NCBI GenBank assembly: GCA_035221665.1
Contig: CM069164.1
Location: forward strand, 24,924,001 to 24,988,000
DNA: 64,000 nucleotides
DNA from: Okamejei kenojei
Lineage: Eukaryota
Direction of reading: 5' to 3'
The notes under the pieces are model-generated. The model was not told the origin of the DNA. It saw only the letters and a program-made list of their open reading frames with translations, and made no database searches. Numbering within the stretch: the first letter of the stretch is position 1; each line of letters opens with the position of its first letter. This document shows positions 50,529 through 62,641 of the stretch, one piece after another. The position numbers and the translations under genes are program-made.

Positions 50529-51689
50529 ATGACAATTTAAGTAGTCACTTTTGCTGACATTAATTTTGTTTCAGATTCCCATCATCTGCAGCATTTTAGT
50601 TTTATGCAGCTAATATTGCCATCTTTATATTTCAGATTTTGTTTAATTGAACTGAAACTCCTGTGCTCTGGATTAAAATTTGTAATACCAGTCTAGAGGA
50701 ATGACAACTAAGCAAATGTAGACTGCAATGAATTAAACTTGTATGTATACAAGCAAAATATATGTGACATTTACATTTCAATATGTCTGAAGAAGAGCTC
50801 TAACACAAAACATCTCCTATCCATGTTCTCCAGGGATGCTGCCTTACCGGCAAAATTACTCAAGCAATTTATGTCTCTAGTTTTTGGAAACCAGCATCTG
50901 CATTTCCTTTTTTCTACTGTTTGTACATTTCAATTAATATGTTAAATATTGGCCTAACCAGTTCAAAAAGAGATATTTAAAAAAGTGTATTACACAATAC
51001 ATTACTTTAAAAACACAGATAAACGACCAGCAATGAGGTTTATCTGGAAAGTTTTAAGAAAACTTCCTATTATGTGTAAAGAGGTCTGGCTGGCCAATAT
51101 TAAGTTGAATGAAATGAAATACTGAGACTGCTCTAGTTCAATATTAAAAAATACATTTCTCTGGGGCTTTCAATTTGCCAAGACGTTCTCCCCAATGACA
51201 ATGACAACTGAATACAGAGATGAATTGTTCCCTCGTGCAGTAGATAATAATCAAAACAACAAGGCCACCCACTGTTTTGCTGGATTCGTTCACACTGTAA
51301 TTGCGTTATCCTACAATTTTCCTCATGACTGTGTGTACAGAGCAAAATCTAAATGTAACCAATGAAGCATGTGGACAATTTAAAGAGGCCAATTGAAGAG
51401 ATATCCATTTGGAAGCTAGTGGCAAATAGTTCATACTTATTATTTTTATACAATTCTTTCTAGTGCGGTAATTGAAATAAAAACTAAAAGTGATATCATT
51501 TTGTATTAGAAAGCATTAAAGTCAACACCAGCACAGAAATCAAGAGTCTGGAGTATTTTATTATCACATGCATCAAAATGGAACAATGTAACTCTTACTG
51601 GCTGCCGCACAACAGATTCATAAGCACAGTACTCAATAGGTCATTGAGGTCTGGAACGAGACCTCAATTGAGAACTGGAAACACGTGAC

Positions 51690-51832
51690 ACCAGTATGGT
51701 CGTGAGTAGTCGCCCCAAGAGTCGTACCTTTTTCTGGTCGCCGCTGGATTGTCAACATTTTTGGCGACCTGCTGCGACTATGACGGGTGCCGGCAGTCGC
51801 CGAAAAACAATTGCGTAAGCGGGACAGGCCCT
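51690..51832. mobile_element. Harbinger-like MITE, right half only
   Basis: CpG-rich interior ending gcgggacaggccct followed by TAA. Confidence 0.65.
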
Positions 51833-53150
51833 TAAGGCAAGAAGGCTAAACAAAACATTTCATTGACTTTGCTTCCAAATACTAGGAAATTATATCATTC
51901 ATTTCAGCAGAAAGCAATTAACAGAGATCCCATGGAAGTTCAACGATGTCAACTTTCCACCTATTCCTGTCCCCTTCCATCTACATGTAAATAATCCTCT
52001 CAAAAGTATAAAATGTTGATAGGAAAAAAATCAATTGACATCTGTTGGTATTAATAAACATTCTATTATACCCATGAGATCGATAGTGTTTATAATATTC
52101 AAATTAAAATTGCTTTTGCAAATAATATATTATTTATTTTAAAAATTCATGTCTAACACAATTTAGTACGAGCTCTGTTATTGGTCTTACATGGAACAAA
52201 ATAGCGTGCCGTATAAATATAAATCAGGAAAAGTACTTCTGGGTAAACCTAAAACCAGTTAGCTCCTATTATACGCGAGACTAATTAAAGTTACCATCTG
52301 CTTCAACTTTGCATGCTAAGTTCCAATTTCCTGTTATTTCACATATGTTGTACGGTAATGGCACTTATTTTCATCAGGAGCTGGGACGTTTGTCAGACGT
52401 TATCTGGTTGTCATCATAGCCACCAGAATTAAGCAACGATGTTATCTATTCTAATAACTTTTGCTCTCATGTCTCTACTATGCATGGCTCAGAGCGTTTA
52501 ATGCAGATTTGCCACAAATCTGCTTTCAACATGCTTCATTTCTCACTTGTGTTATGAAATAAACAAACCTGACATAAAGACTGCTTCTCTGTGCAACAGA
52601 ATTCCACGTATACAAGTTTGTCCAGAATGCTTAACAAAATGAATAGATTGAAAATAAGGTCATGTTTGGTCTATTCTCAAATCCATTCACGTTTAAAACA
52701 TATATGCAGTCCTGCTTAAAGCATTTGTCCAATTTTATTCATTAGAATTATTAATTTGTTTTAAAACTGGCTTTCCAATGTTTTTAAACAAAGGGGCCTC
52801 TTACATAAAAGTGTTTCATAACCCAGGCACTACTAAATATTTATCCCACTTCTCCTTCCAGAAGCGTTCTTCTTTCTCCTCCTCCATTGCTGCTTTTTCA
52901 TTGTTTTTTATGCTCCCACCTGTGGAAACTACTCTCATTCCTCAATCATTTCCGCTACATAACGTGCACCATTTTATTGGGCGGCATAGATTGCTTTCCC
53001 ATATTGTATTCCCAATGTACCATTGTCTTGTACTTGCGACTTCTATTTCAGCTGCACACACTATCCCCACACTGCATAACACCTAAAGTCATACATCACA
53101 GAAGCCCCATCTAAGCTAGCCCTCATCCGGCCCATATCCTTCTAAATATC

Positions 53151-53291
53151 TTTTTTTTTTTTTAAAGAAGGAACTGCAGATGCTGGAGAATCGAGGGTAC
53201 ACAAAAAGCTGGAGAAACTCAGCGGGTGCAGCAGCATCTAAGGAGCGAAGGAGATAGGCGACGTTTCGGGTCGAGACCCTTCTTCAGACCC
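53151..53291 (-). mobile_element. Penelope-derived short element with TSD and A-rich tail
   Basis: Flanked by TCCTTCTAAATATC (53137-53150, 53292-53305), with a T13 run at the left end. A second, older plus-strand copy follows at ~53358-53470. Confidence 0.8.
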
Positions 53292-53297
53292 TCCTTC
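53247..53297 (-). ncRNA. Minimal hammerhead ribozyme motif, sense in a GALK2 intron
   Basis: Minus strand reads GAAGGAG-GGT-CTGAAGA-A-GGGTC-TC-GACCC-GAAA-C-GTC-GCC-TAT-CTCCTTC, with an intact core and a GUC cleavage triplet. Confidence 0.7.
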
Positions 53298-54291
53298 TAA
53301 ATATCCCCCTATTTCCTCTCTGACCCTTCCAGTTCTCTTTCCCCCAACCCCTGCAATGTCTAAAGAAGGATCCCAAGCCGAAACATCACCTATCCATGTT
53401 CTTCAGGGATTCTGCCTGACCCAATGAGTTACTCCAGCATTTGTGTCTTACCTTGGTAAACCAGCATCTCATTATCTCAACATTCCCACTAAATCTTCCC
53501 TATCCACGCACCTGTCCAAGTGCCTTTAAATGTTGTTACTGTACCCGTCTCAACTACCTCTTCAGGCACTTGTAGGTTTTTCATGCAAGATCTCAATATC
53601 ATAACAATGAATAAAACCTTTTTAAAGCAAAGTACTGTAAATGCTCGCTTCCTTTCTCCACAACTACTAACTGGCCTTCAGCGGATATCCAACATATTTC
53701 ACTTCCATTAAACAAATCTGCAGAATGTTACCTGATAATGTTTGTAAAATGGGGAGAGTGCTCATCATCTCTTTTACCTTTCCCCTTTGTCTATCTGAAA
53801 ATCTGTGGGTCAAAGAATGATCATTCACTTGTCTCATCCCGAAGAGAAAGAACAAATCTTGAGTCATTTCATCAAATGAGCCGAAGAATCTGCTGTAACC
53901 CAATTGTAAGACAGCAATATCAGTTTGGGGTGTTTTAATATTCTTCCAGTTTCTTCATTACAATTTAGAGTGCATATAAATGTTAAACTGTTTAAAGAAA
54001 ATTCATTCAAGACAGAACTATCACATACTTGACATCATTAGCAGAGCTTTAAATTGAGAGGGACAAAATTTACAGGAGGCATGTAGGGCAGGTTTTCTTA
54101 CAGAGGGTGTGAGTGCCTGGAAGGCAGTGCTGGTGGGTGGTGGTGGAGGAAGGTACACTAGTGGCATGGAAGAGGCTTTTGGATAAGTACGTGGATATAC
54201 AGAGAATGCAGGGGTATGCATTATGTGCAGGCAGGTAAAAGTTGGTCTTGGAATCATGTTCAGTATAGACCTTTTTAGTTTTTTAATTTTA

Positions 54292-54811
54292 TGGTTTTAG
54301 AGATACCGTGCGGAAACAGGCCCTTCGGCCCACTGAAAAATCTGCACCGACCAGCGATCCTCGCACATTAACTCTAACCTACACACATTAGAGACAATTT
54401 ACATTTATACAAAGCCAACTAACCTACAAAGCTATACGTCTTTGTAGTGTGGGAGGAAACCGAAGGTCTTGGAGAAAACCCACGCAGAGAGAACGTACAA
54501 ACTCCGTACAGAGAGCAACCGTAGTAGGGATCAAACCCGGGTCTCTGGCGCTGCAAGCACTGTAAAGGACCCGTCCCACTTTCACGACCTATTTTACTTG
54601 TGGACATCCTTCATCATGTTGAAAAAGCGCCCCGACCTACTTGATGCCATGAGTACCTACGACTAGCATCATGACCTACCCAAGACCTACCTACGACCAC
54701 GTGACGACCATGCTGCGAGTACGAGTCAAGGGCAAACTCGGCAGAGGTCGTGAATTAGGTCGTGAAAGTGGGACAGGCCCTTAAGGCAGCAACTCTACCA
54801 CTGTGCCACCC
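54292..54811 (-). mobile_element. V-SINE interrupted by a MITE
   Basis: The consensus ctgTAAggcagcaactctacc is split at TAA by a 216-bp insert. Confidence 0.85.
54566..54781. mobile_element. PIF/Harbinger-like MITE
   Basis: About 26-bp TIRs AGG(G/A)CC(T/C)GTCCCACTTTCACGACCTA and a TAA target duplication (54563-54565, 54782-54784). Confidence 0.85.
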
Positions 54812-55975
54812 CATATGGACTCATGGGCCATCAGGCCTGTTTCTGCACTGTGCTCTTCGAAGATCATCGTTCATTATCTGCAGCAGTGGACCGTCATCCT
54901 AGTATACATGGTCATCCCTTTCACAGTTTAAAATTAATATAATCTTCATTAAGGCTGTATAGGTGGTAATACCTACTCTTGTTTTAGTCCATGCCGAGGC
55001 TTAAAATAAATTACTCCAATGTCTGGATCTAAGATGCAGGAAGAAGGAGCAAGCCTCCAGGGTTCAGGTATTATGGAAAGACGGGAGAGGGAATACGAGA
55101 TATCACTAAGTAAAAAAAATGCAAAGCAAATAGACTTGGCAGTAGAAGACAGGAAATTACATCTGGAGTCAATCTTGGAAGATAAAGGCGGTGGTATATA
55201 TTCTTTCATATATATAATTCATATATATTCTTATGTGAATTAATAATTGTTTTTCATATTTCTATTATTTTAAGGACAAGAGCTGGCACAACAACCCAAT
55301 GTCACAAAAGGTTCTTGCAAAGCAGATTTTTTTTGCTATTAAGCCAACTCAAAAATGACATTACCTGGATGACCGGGGGAACTGATTTATTTGGGATCTG
55401 GAATCTGTTTTCTTTGAATGTCCGATTCTGTCATTGGACGCGAGAAGTGTTTGCTATAAATATACACTATCGCAGCCATAAAAATGTACAAAACCACTAG
55501 GACCCAAGCATTCAATAAAACTTAAAATCACTAGATACGATTAAATCTAATTAAATCCTACTGGGTAGGACGAAATCTAATTAGCTCAATTATCTGAAAA
55601 AATATCGTTACCCATAAATCCCTTTTTCTCTACTTTCCAATGTCATAAATACTCAAACACTGAAACTCCTTGAAATAGTTTTAACAGTCTGTAACTGGGG
55701 AATGGTGTAGATGACGATGGGGTGGAGGAAGCATTTGACGGCTTTGCTGGATATCAAAGCTTTTCTGTGAACAGGCTGCCACTTACAGCTAGAGCCCTAA
55801 CTACAAAGGGCTCTGACTACACTCAATTATCACCAAATCTAGTTACTGCTTTCTGTGAGGTGCCCTTAATATGCCACGCCCAGTATATCAAAAGCCCAAC
55901 GTACAGTGCTGCTCACCGGTCAACTCTCTCATAAACCGCGGATGGGGTGACGTTCATTTTACAGTTACACAGTAC

Positions 55976-56119
55976 CTTTGATAGGACCTTTCCATTCGCT
56001 ATCACGGTGATGAGACCTGCGCAGCAAACCAGTGCACTAGAGCTAGAAAGTCCTGAGCTCGCTGGGATCGTGCCATCAACCATACAGTTTATTCCACCGG
56101 AAACAGGGTTAAAATGCTC
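55976..56119 (-). CDS. GALK2: GALK2 internal coding exon (144 nt, phase 0/0): [48 protein letters not shown]
   Basis: GHMP-kinase ATP-binding loop PxxxGLSSS. CAG acceptor (plus ctg 56120-56122) and AAG|GTACT donor. Closely resembles vertebrate GALK2. Upstream exons were not found in the window. Confidence 0.96.
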
Positions 56120-56726
56120 CTGATGAAACAAAAATAGTGTATTTTTGTATTGTGCAGATAAAACATAAATCCTATTTCATGTCTGAAAGTTTTAGCATGC
56201 ATTTATTCTAAAGTATTTAATCACAATGTAGTGCAACAATGAGACATTTAATATTAAAGACCTGGCCGCACTTGTACAACGATCCACTGAGCCTGAATGT
56301 ACCTTCCGTAAACTCCACCAGTGAGAAATTATTTGCAGAAGCTATCCTTTCCTTATAAATTAGGCCCTGTAAAGCTTTGGCACCACATTTCTAACACGTG
56401 ACAGGAACATTTAGTCTCTGACCTTTCTCAAGCTGCAGAAACTTTTATCAAGTGTGGGATCAATGGCAAGCAAAGTGCTGTGAGCCTCAGCCTTTTTATT
56501 CAACATTATGTCCAAATCATTACTTCTGAGAAATACCCGCCCTCCCAATAATTCAGTTAATTATAACTTATCAAATGCTGCTCTCCAAGTACATTTACAA
56601 TCAAGTTTAATATTTTGATTGGCTCAGTGGTGCAACGATAGAACAGGAAAGGTCAAATTTCCCATCAGAGTCTTCTTAATTCACATCAGTCAGCGAAATG
56701 CTAGATGAATGGCAATTGTGCATACT

Positions 56727-57281
56727 TTATTGCGTACAGTTTTGGTCTCCTAATCTGAGAAAAGACATTCGTGCCATAGAGGGAGTACAGAGAAGGTTCA
56801 CCAGACTGATTCCTGGGATGGCACGACTTCCATATGAAGAAAGACTGGATAGACTCGGCTTGTACTCGCTGGAATTTAGAAGATTGAGGGGTGATCTCAT
56901 AGAGACCTACAAAATTCTTAAGGGGTTGGACAGGCTAGATGCAGGAAGATTGTTCCCGATGTTGGGGAAGTCCAGGGCAAGGGGTCACAGTTTAAGGATA
57001 AGGGGGAAGTCTTTTAGGACCGAGATGAGAAAATCGTTTTTCACACAGAGAGTGGTGAATCTGTGGAATTCTCTGCCACAGAAGGTAGTTGAGGCCAGTT
57101 CGTTGGCCATATTTAAGAGGGAGTTGGATGTGGCCCTTGTGGCTGAAGGGATCAGGGGGTATGGAGAGAAGGCAGGTACAGGATACTGAGTTGGATGATC
57201 AGCCATGATCATATTGAATGGCGTTGCAGGCTCGAAGGGCCGAATGGCCTGCTCCTGCACCTAATTTCTATTTTTCTATGC
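56727..57281 (+). mobile_element. CR1-clade LINE 3' end
   Basis: ORF 56698..57189 YCVQFWSP...[12 protein letters not shown]...FFTQRVVNLWNSLP, followed by the CR1 3' tail. Confidence 0.95.
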
Positions 57282-58254
57282 ATTAGAATTGGGAAAAATC
57301 GACTTCAGATTGCAAGATATGCATATCTTTGGGAACATTGGGCAAGGTCTACATTGGGATGAGCTGGATGCTAACAAAGTATGACCCACAGAGATGCAAG
57401 AAACTGTATATGTGGAGATTTGGAGCAAAACACAAAGTGCTTTGGAAACTCAACTGGTCAAGCAATATCCGTGGAGGAAATTGATAAGCAACGTTTTGGG
57501 TCAGGTTCTGAAGGGACAAGTCAAGGGTCTTGATCTGAAATGGCGTCAATCCGTTTCCCCCACAGATGCTGACTGATCTACAAATTATGAACATTTGAAA
57601 GAAAATCTGGAAAATGAAATTTAACACCAGGTGACAGAAGTAGCGAGTATGTAAGTGCAAGGAATACACTTTCCTAAAATATAACCCCTAATTTCCTTTC
57701 AACTACAGATGGCAATGGAGAGGGCAACAGAGAAAGCAAAGGGAGAGTCTCAAGTTTGTTCAAAAGTGTCACAATAGATATCACCAGATTAAACAAATTT
57801 AAATCATTGCTTTACGCTTGCTGAATCATTTTTTAAACGGTATTTAAACTGCATCTAGTAAGTACTGTTTTACAATTGCCAAGACAAAAATTGTGAAAGA
57901 TGGCAGGTCAGCCTACATGAAATATAAAATGCAGAATAATTATATGAAATTATCAAGGGAATATGAAGCAAAGACTGAAAAGGGCCTAGATGGAAAATGA
58001 GATACTGTTCCTCATCTAGTCTCAATAATTTCAGTTTTTCATAATTCGTGTTACCATTTTTAAGTATTTAACTAATAGTGATATATGAAATACTTCTCAG
58101 AAATTCAATGAAATCATATCTGCAGAACTCCTTTTGTCTGTAAGCTTGATAATGTTTGCAAATTCACTAATTTACCAAACTATTATCTATTCTGCACAAA
58201 TCAGTGTTCACAGCCCTAAAATGGTCCATAACTAATGTTTCCAATCATTGGGCA

Positions 58255-58448
58255 NNNNNNNNNNNNNNNNNNNNNNNNNNNNNNNNNNNNNNNNNNNNNN
58301 NNNNNNNNNNNNNNNNNNNNNNNNNNNNNNNNNNNNNNNNNNNNNNNNNNNNNNNNNNNNNNNNNNNNNNNNNNNNNNNNNNNNNNNNNNNNNNNNNNNN
58401 NNNNNNNNNNNNNNNNNNNNNNNNNNNNNNNNNNNNNNNNNNNNNNNN
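58255..58448. other. Assembly gap (194 N)
   Basis: Run of N; its right flank looks like a LINE 3' tail. Confidence 1.
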
Positions 58449-60309
58449 TTACAGAGTACTATGTTTACATATTCTGTTGTGCTGCTGCAAGTAAGAATTT
58501 CATTGTTCTATCTGGGACATATGACAATAAAACAATCGACTCAAACCAGCCTCCTGTCATTACACAGTTTCCTCATGGCTATACTTATATGCTCCCCAAA
58601 CATCAGCCTTGAATGCATTTCACATTTCTCACTTGGTACTAAAGGCCTTTTAACTCAATTTAATTGTGTTATTACCAAAAGTGTGTCCCACGTGAGTGAA
58701 ACGGCCAAATATTTTGTAGGTACAAGGTAACCCTGCTTAACCTTCATTACTAAAAATAAAATGACAATAGTTACTGCCAAAAATAAATATCCATGTGGAA
58801 AAATAGAAGTTCCATGAAATGAGGTCAGGCCATTCAAAGCGCGATACACTTTTAACCTTCATAGCAGAGATTCCGTGACACGGCTATTTTCCCATAGCCG
58901 CTTTAAATTGGCTGGGTTGGGGAGGAAAATACAATTATGGGTAATATATTTTACTCCAGAGTAAACTGGATATTTAAGTCTTAAGATTTGGTTTTAGGGT
59001 CAGGACAGTTGCACAAATAATAATAATACGGAAATGTCTCTAGTGACCAAAAATGTTGCCCTTTGCCAATATACATAAGTACAAAGAATCCCTTGGATAT
59101 AGCTATTTGTTGGCACAAATGGGCAAAAAGTAATAGAAATTCTTGAAATTTTCAGCAGAAAACAATCAAGGCTATTTTATAGAGCTGTACCCTGGTGAAA
59201 TGCAAGTATAAAGTTTGAAATTCTTTACAGAAAATAAAAATTAAAAAAATCGGCTGAAAATAACATTTTGTTATAAAAAATTAGTAATGTTCCCATGGCA
59301 GTTTGAGAGCAAATTACGAGTTGATATATATGGATGCCAGATATTTCGTCCTAGAGAACTCTGGCCAAATCTAGTATGAAAAAAAAGGTTTGAGCAATAT
59401 GTCTAGGCAGCACTGATCCACAGGGTTCGGCCCATGCATGGATGTAGCTTATAAAACTATCACGCAATGTTTCACAAAGTGCTTTGGTTTCAGCAAATGA
59501 AGTCTGCCAAGTATTGCTCTACTCATATCCCAGTGGAGTTAGAAATTCAAATTAATATAAACAGGCTATACCCTTGGAACCTTTTAACACTCCTACTTTA
59601 GTCTGCAGTGTTTCAAACTACTTTAGGGACCTGCTTGGTTGTGCAAAAACCCGAGTTATGCAACCCCCCTCCCCCTCCTATCCCAGCATTGTGTACTGAT
59701 ATTCTGCATAATGTGGGCTCTCAAATGAGTTTGAAGTTTTAGTCTGCAATTTCTCCCATTAAAAATCTCTAATCCATGCTAACTGTTGCCAAATAAAAGG
59801 GAAACGCTTACTTTATGGATGGGAATAATTATGATGGAACTAACCAGTGCAGGTTTCAGAACAATTCCTCAGATGTGGTTCAAGAATGTCATCAAGAGAC
59901 ATCTAGAACCAAGTCATGGTGAACATTAAAAACACCATTTGCTCGAGCACAAGGAAGAGTGAAGTCCCAACCAGCTGTTTCTCTCCCTATAATACAATCA
60001 CTGATCATTTGCATGGTTAAGAAACTGACTGCTGGCAATATCGGTACAGTTGCGCTTGTTCGAGCTTTATGTCCCGTATATTAATTGCTAACTCTTTTCA
60101 GGCATTTTCCATACAGGGATCAAACATTTATTTCCACCCAAAGCTGCTAAATTAAGATGCCAGAACAAAATTAAAGGAAACTTTAAATCAAATAAATGAC
60201 TAGTTTGCCATTGCTTTCAGAACTTTGTAAGTATCCAAAAATTGCTAATGTGGCATCCAAATGTAATCCTGTTCCACATATGGTGAGAGCACACACACCG
60301 CAAAGGAAG

Positions 60310-60512
60310 TCTTTCCTTGATCGGACTTTGCTGGCTTTACCTTGCAGTGAGAGTTATTCCCTTGTACTGTACTATAAATGTACTATAACACACTGTACAT
60401 ACACTGTGAATGGCTCGATTGTAATCATGTATTGTCTTACTGCCAACTGGATAGCATGCAACAAATGGTTTTCCCTGTACCTTGGTACATGTGACTATGT
60501 AAACTAAACTAA
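60310..60512 (+). mobile_element. Non-LTR retroelement 3' tail family (second copy, reversed, at ~20775-20960)
   Basis: ggctcgattgtaatcatgtattgtctt...actggatagca.gcaacaaa is shared in opposite orientation; short-repeat tail aactaaactaa. Confidence 0.7.
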
Positions 60513-62330
60513 GCCATGAACCGGAATGACTTTCACTATTCACTGGGATGCTAAACACATATCACCAGAGATCAACTATGTTTTGTGGAAAGCCTGTTGG
60601 CCTCTTTTCAAATTTATTTAACCATGTTTAGGTTTAGGTTAGACTCAATGACTGAAATGGGAGAAAGAAAAATATACGTAGGTGCTGCCATTTATTAGTT
60701 AGTGCAGCATACAATTCTTTCTCTGTTTCATACCACCCAAATAGTCTTGCAATATCTTCACTTAAAGTGTCTTTCACTAAAAGTGTCTAATTAATGAACA
60801 TCTTGATTTATCACACATTCCCATCTCTACCTCACTTTGAAGTGAATTATCCTTATCAAGTGCTGTGCTGAAACGCTCATTATTTCAGTGTGGCCATTTT
60901 GTCTTTCAATATATTTATCTCATGCTCAATAGATAAATATTGTTCTGCCCGTAATAGACCAATCAAAATGTGGATTTGGAAAGAAAGCCAATGACTCTTT
61001 CCACATCTTGCAGGAATACTTCTGCAACAATGGGAAGCCAGGTACCCACGTTGAGGTACTACTTCAAAGGAATCCCAGGAATATATTTGCATTATAAACG
61101 CTACATGCTCGTAAAGATTTTTATAGTGAGTCACTTTTAAACAGTATTTCATTTGTACGTCTATGAATTCAATGATCACTTCTATTTAAAACATGGATAT
61201 ATCTGCTGAAATATTTAATCCACTAAAGAACAATTTGAAACAAATCAAATTAGTATAATCTTGGCATCTATCTGGCAAATTACCCACGTATGCATTGTGC
61301 ACAAAAACAGATCATGTATAATGCAGTAATTTGCTACCCTATCAATCTCTTAATCATCAGTTAGCTACTGGAGGTATTATAAATAGCAACAGTGAGTGAC
61401 ACTTTTTCCAATTACTGTTCCCTGGTGTTCAGTTTGGATCTGTCAGAAACAAATTGAAAAATAAATCACAGCTTTTGTCCAAACATGGACAGAAGAAATG
61501 CAGGCCAAGGATGACAAGAGAGAAGTTGCCCTCAACATCAACGCAGCATTCAGCCAATTATGTAGAAAGAAGTCATATCAAAACACACATAATGTGATGA
61601 AAGGAAAATTCTCTGGAGACTCTGTTATTCATACTGAGAAGAAAGCAACTATCATTGCCAGAGTCTAGTTATCACAGCATAGAATACTGTCCTTAGTTGC
61701 AAGGTCACAAACAATTGCCATTCCAATCAACCCTTGAGAGAGCTGGGGGGCAAAGTGCAGCTGGAAATGCAAGCAAGATATACAGGGTGGCCAGAGTATG
61801 CCCAAGGATAAGATCAGATATGCGGCAACCATAGGAAACCCAAGCAGGGTTCAGTTGGAAGCCAAGTGCCAGTGTATAGTTGGAGACATGGCCAAGTGTG
61901 CCATAGAGGGAAGGAAGTGCTAAGGGCTGAAGGAGATGTATCTGTAGCATTATGGGAGATGGCAATAAGCTGCAGGTTGTGAGGAGGAAATGAACTCTAT
62001 GAATTGAGGAACGGGAAGCACAGAGGATGTGAGAGGTTTGGAGAAGGGTGGGCACGGAGGAGGGAGAAAGTGTGCAAGGGCAACTGTACTTCAGTCCAAA
62101 CACATGGGACTGTGAAAGATTGTGAGTGCATATGTATGAATGGCACAACATGGGCAATGATCTGCTTTGTTTGCATTAAAAGGATCTCACATTGAAGGAT
62201 TTTTGTTAAAGTGGCCCCAGCTTTGGAAACAGTGAAAACCACCAGCCTAAGATCTATCTACGAAAGCTCCTGATCCAAATACAAACAGCTCCACCTCTTT
62301 GTTCCCCTCTTTCATAAAGACCAACAGTTA

Positions 62331-62641
62331 GGGCGTTACGGTGATACAGCTGTAGATTTGCTGCCTTACAGCACCAGGGGCCTGGGTTTGATCCCGACCA
62401 CGGGTGCTGCCTGCATGGAGTTTGTATGTTCTCCCCGTGACCGTGTGGGTTTACTCCAAGATCTTCGGTTTCCTCCCACACTCCAAAGATGTACAGGTTT
62501 TTAGGTTAATTGGCTTGGTATAAGTGTAAATTGTCCCTAGTGTGTGTAGGCTTGTGTTAATGTGCAGGGAACGCTGATCGGTGCGGACACGGTGGGCCGA
62601 AGGGACTGTTTCCACATTGTATCTCTAAACTAAACTAAACT
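62331..62641 (+). mobile_element. Full-length V-SINE/HE1-like SINE
   Basis: tRNA-like head, central core, gtgggccgaaggg.ctgtttcc tail and (ctaaa)n end. Confidence 0.88.

Noticed and set aside
58204-58730. Long ORFs spanning 58204-58730
   Set aside because: Artefacts of the N run.
61705-62157. 150-aa minus-strand ORF
   Set aside because: No recognisable domain or splice context; purine-skewed, likely a decayed repeat.
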